From an uncultured Verrucomicrobia subdivision 3 bacterium (GTDB lineage: Bacteria; Verrucomicrobiota; Verrucomicrobiia; Limisphaerales; UBA11358), in assembly GCA_903936645.1 (NCBI GenBank), contig CAIZWI010000183.1, positions 5,835 through 69,834 of the forward strand: DNA of 64,000 bases. Direction: 5' to 3'. The notes below the pieces were generated by a model. It searched no databases, was not told where the DNA came from, and worked only from the letters and a program-made list of their open reading frames with translations. This document shows, piece by piece, positions 62,670 to 64,000 of the stretch (position 1 is the stretch's first letter; the number at the start of each line of letters is the position of its first letter). Both the position numbers and the translations under genes were made by a program.

Positions 62670-63151
62670 AAACGCGCAATTTTTTCCAGCAACCCCGTGG
62701 TGGATTTGCCGGGCACAAACGGCACCAGCACGATGCGCCCGCCTGCCGACTCCACCGCCCGCCGTTCGTTTTGATCCAGTGTCTCCAGGGTATAATCCCC
62801 GCCTTTGACATAAATATCCGGGGCCGCCGCCATTAGAAACCGTGTGGCCCGCACATCCGTGAAAATGCAGGCCCCGTCCACACTCTGCAAGGCAGCCAGT
62901 ACGGCCGCGCGGTCCGCCTCACCATTGACCGGCCGGTTTGGTCCCTTCAGGCCGCTCACGGCCGCATCGCTGTTGACTCCGATAAGCAGGGCATCCCCCA
63001 GGTTGCGGGCGGTTTCCAAATAGGTGATGTGACCCACATGCAACAGGTCAAAACAGCCATTGGTGACCACCAGCTTCCGGCCACTCGCCCGCAATGCCGC
63101 GCGCCAGGCCGGCAGGGCATCCCAGGCGATGATTTTATCCCGAAAATTCAT
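62666..63151 (-). CDS. D-glycero-beta-D-manno-heptose 1-phosphate adenylyltransferase (RfaE/HldE domain II type cytidylyltransferase)
   Basis: 161 aa. Motifs VVTNGCFDLLHVGHITYLETAR (HxGH) and LLIGVNSD. It has a 4-nt overlap with the GT9 gene. Confidence 0.82.
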   Translation of the reverse strand: MNFRDKIIAWDALPAWRAALRASGRKLVVTNGCFDLLHVGHITYLETARNLGDALLIGVNSDAAVSGLKGPNRPVNGEADRAAVLAALQSVDGACIFTDVRATRFLMAAAPDIYVKGGDYTLETLDQNERRAVESAGGRIVLVPFVPGKSTTGLLEKIARL

Positions 63152-64000
63152 GCCTCCATTTTGCCGAGCCCCGTCCGCTTGGCAACGAGATTAACAAGCC
63201 GCAGCCGAAACAGGCCGTGAGACCAAATGCTATCCTCTGCCCGGGGTTTGTCCTGGAGAGGCCTGCCGGGCCCTGGCTGCATTTGACAAAATCCACCCGG
63301 CACCATATACTCATCAAGAGAGTTGTTTGTTCTGGGCGGTTTTTCCGCCTGAATGCCTGCCGCGCATCCAATGGCTGCGTTGCCGTGCCGGCGAGTCCGC
63401 CCTAGCGGGCCGGGCAGAAACCGGTTCTTTGACATTGCCAGGCGGATGCCCTGAACCTGCCCCACGATTGAGGCCAATCCGGGTAATTACGGGTTAATCT
63501 GGCCTGATCCGGCATTTTAAAAATAATCCAACCCTACAGCACCCTTGGAATTCCAGTGCGCCTGGGCACTCGACCACCCGTTGATGGCCCCGGAACTGCA
63601 AGCCTTAGCCGGATCCATGCAGTAGAAATGGAAGTGATTGCGCCGTGTATTTTTGCGCAAGGTGAGGAGTGCGGCGCGCAGCATATTCTTGATGGATCTG
63701 GCAGCGCCGCACGACGAAGCCCCGCGCAAAAAGACCAAGCAAGCGCCGCCTTTCTATTGCCTGGTTCCGGACCTCCCTTGGTTGGGAAAATCTTGGTAAA
63801 TAGCGCTTAATCGCACCCAATCGTGCCTTTGCCAGGTTTTGACATGAGACATTGGACTCCCTCGGTCGGTTTCGTAAAGCCCCCATCTGACCCGTAAAAG
63901 CGAAGCAAGTGCTTGAAAATAAATGAAATGCATCAAATCCAAGAAAAATCCTGTCGAGCCCCGTCAACCCCCCCCCAGAGAAGTTAACCCGGTTGCTCTC

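Noticed and set aside
63517-63967. ORFs 63517-63738 (-), 63605-63967 (-) and 63556-63810 (+) as genes.
   Set aside because: They mutually overlap, have no start context or motifs, and their composition is atypical compared with the supported genes. There is not enough evidence to call any of them.
1-64000. CRISPR arrays, rRNA genes, or known defence systems (RM, TA, CBASS-like, retron).
   Set aside because: No regularly spaced direct repeats, no rRNA signature sequences, and no nuclease, methylase, cyclase or reverse-transcriptase motifs were seen in any supported ORF. The MORN/YwqK-like protein is membrane-anchored inside the surface operon and has no toxin partner.

Overview
GC-rich bacterial chromosomal window. 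Gene content suggests the PVC superphylum, most likely Verrucomicrobiota; this is inferred from PEP-CTERM anchors, a membrane Ser/Thr kinase with WD40 propellers beside an ECF sigma factor, and many very large exported proteins. I support about 46 protein genes, one tRNA-Arg(CCG), a short relic of an IS256-type transposase, three rho-independent terminators and several small repeat or palindrome elements. I found no rRNA, CRISPR array, prophage or integrase.

Layout:
- 1-5.4 kb: partial exported protein, the kinase and the ECF sigma.
- 5.6-23.6 kb: one tightly packed eight-gene operon (~18 kb) encoding only exported giant or fibre-like proteins, ending at tRNA-Arg.
- 23.8-41 kb: housekeeping genes, namely GH35 beta-galactosidase, GT8, purF, DERA-type deoC with two aldehyde-dehydrogenase genes, pyrR-pyrB, apbC, and a recA / RGG-protein / DEAD-box helicase operon.
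- 41.7-44 kb: exbB-exbD-tonB-exbD.
- 44-59.7 kb: accessory surface block with an AraC-type regulator, two paralogous exported proteins, a Sel1 protein, a PBP-like protein, a porin and a TpsB/TpsA two-partner secretion pair.
- 59.7-63.2 kb: ADP-heptose/LPS-core genes plus a transaldolase.
- 63.2-64 kb: ORF-poor.

The best candidate for an undescribed system is the eight-gene operon. It combines a phage-tail-fibre protein carrying an S74 chaperone domain, a 2641-aa protein whose C-terminus resembles the channel end of TcA toxin subunits (from memory of patterns only), an FG-GAP propeller, Ig-like proteins, a P-domain PEP-CTERM protein and a MORN membrane protein. It contains no recognisable enzymes or secretion machinery and sits divergent from the ECF sigma gene. 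All function calls rest on motifs I read in the translations; no searches were run.
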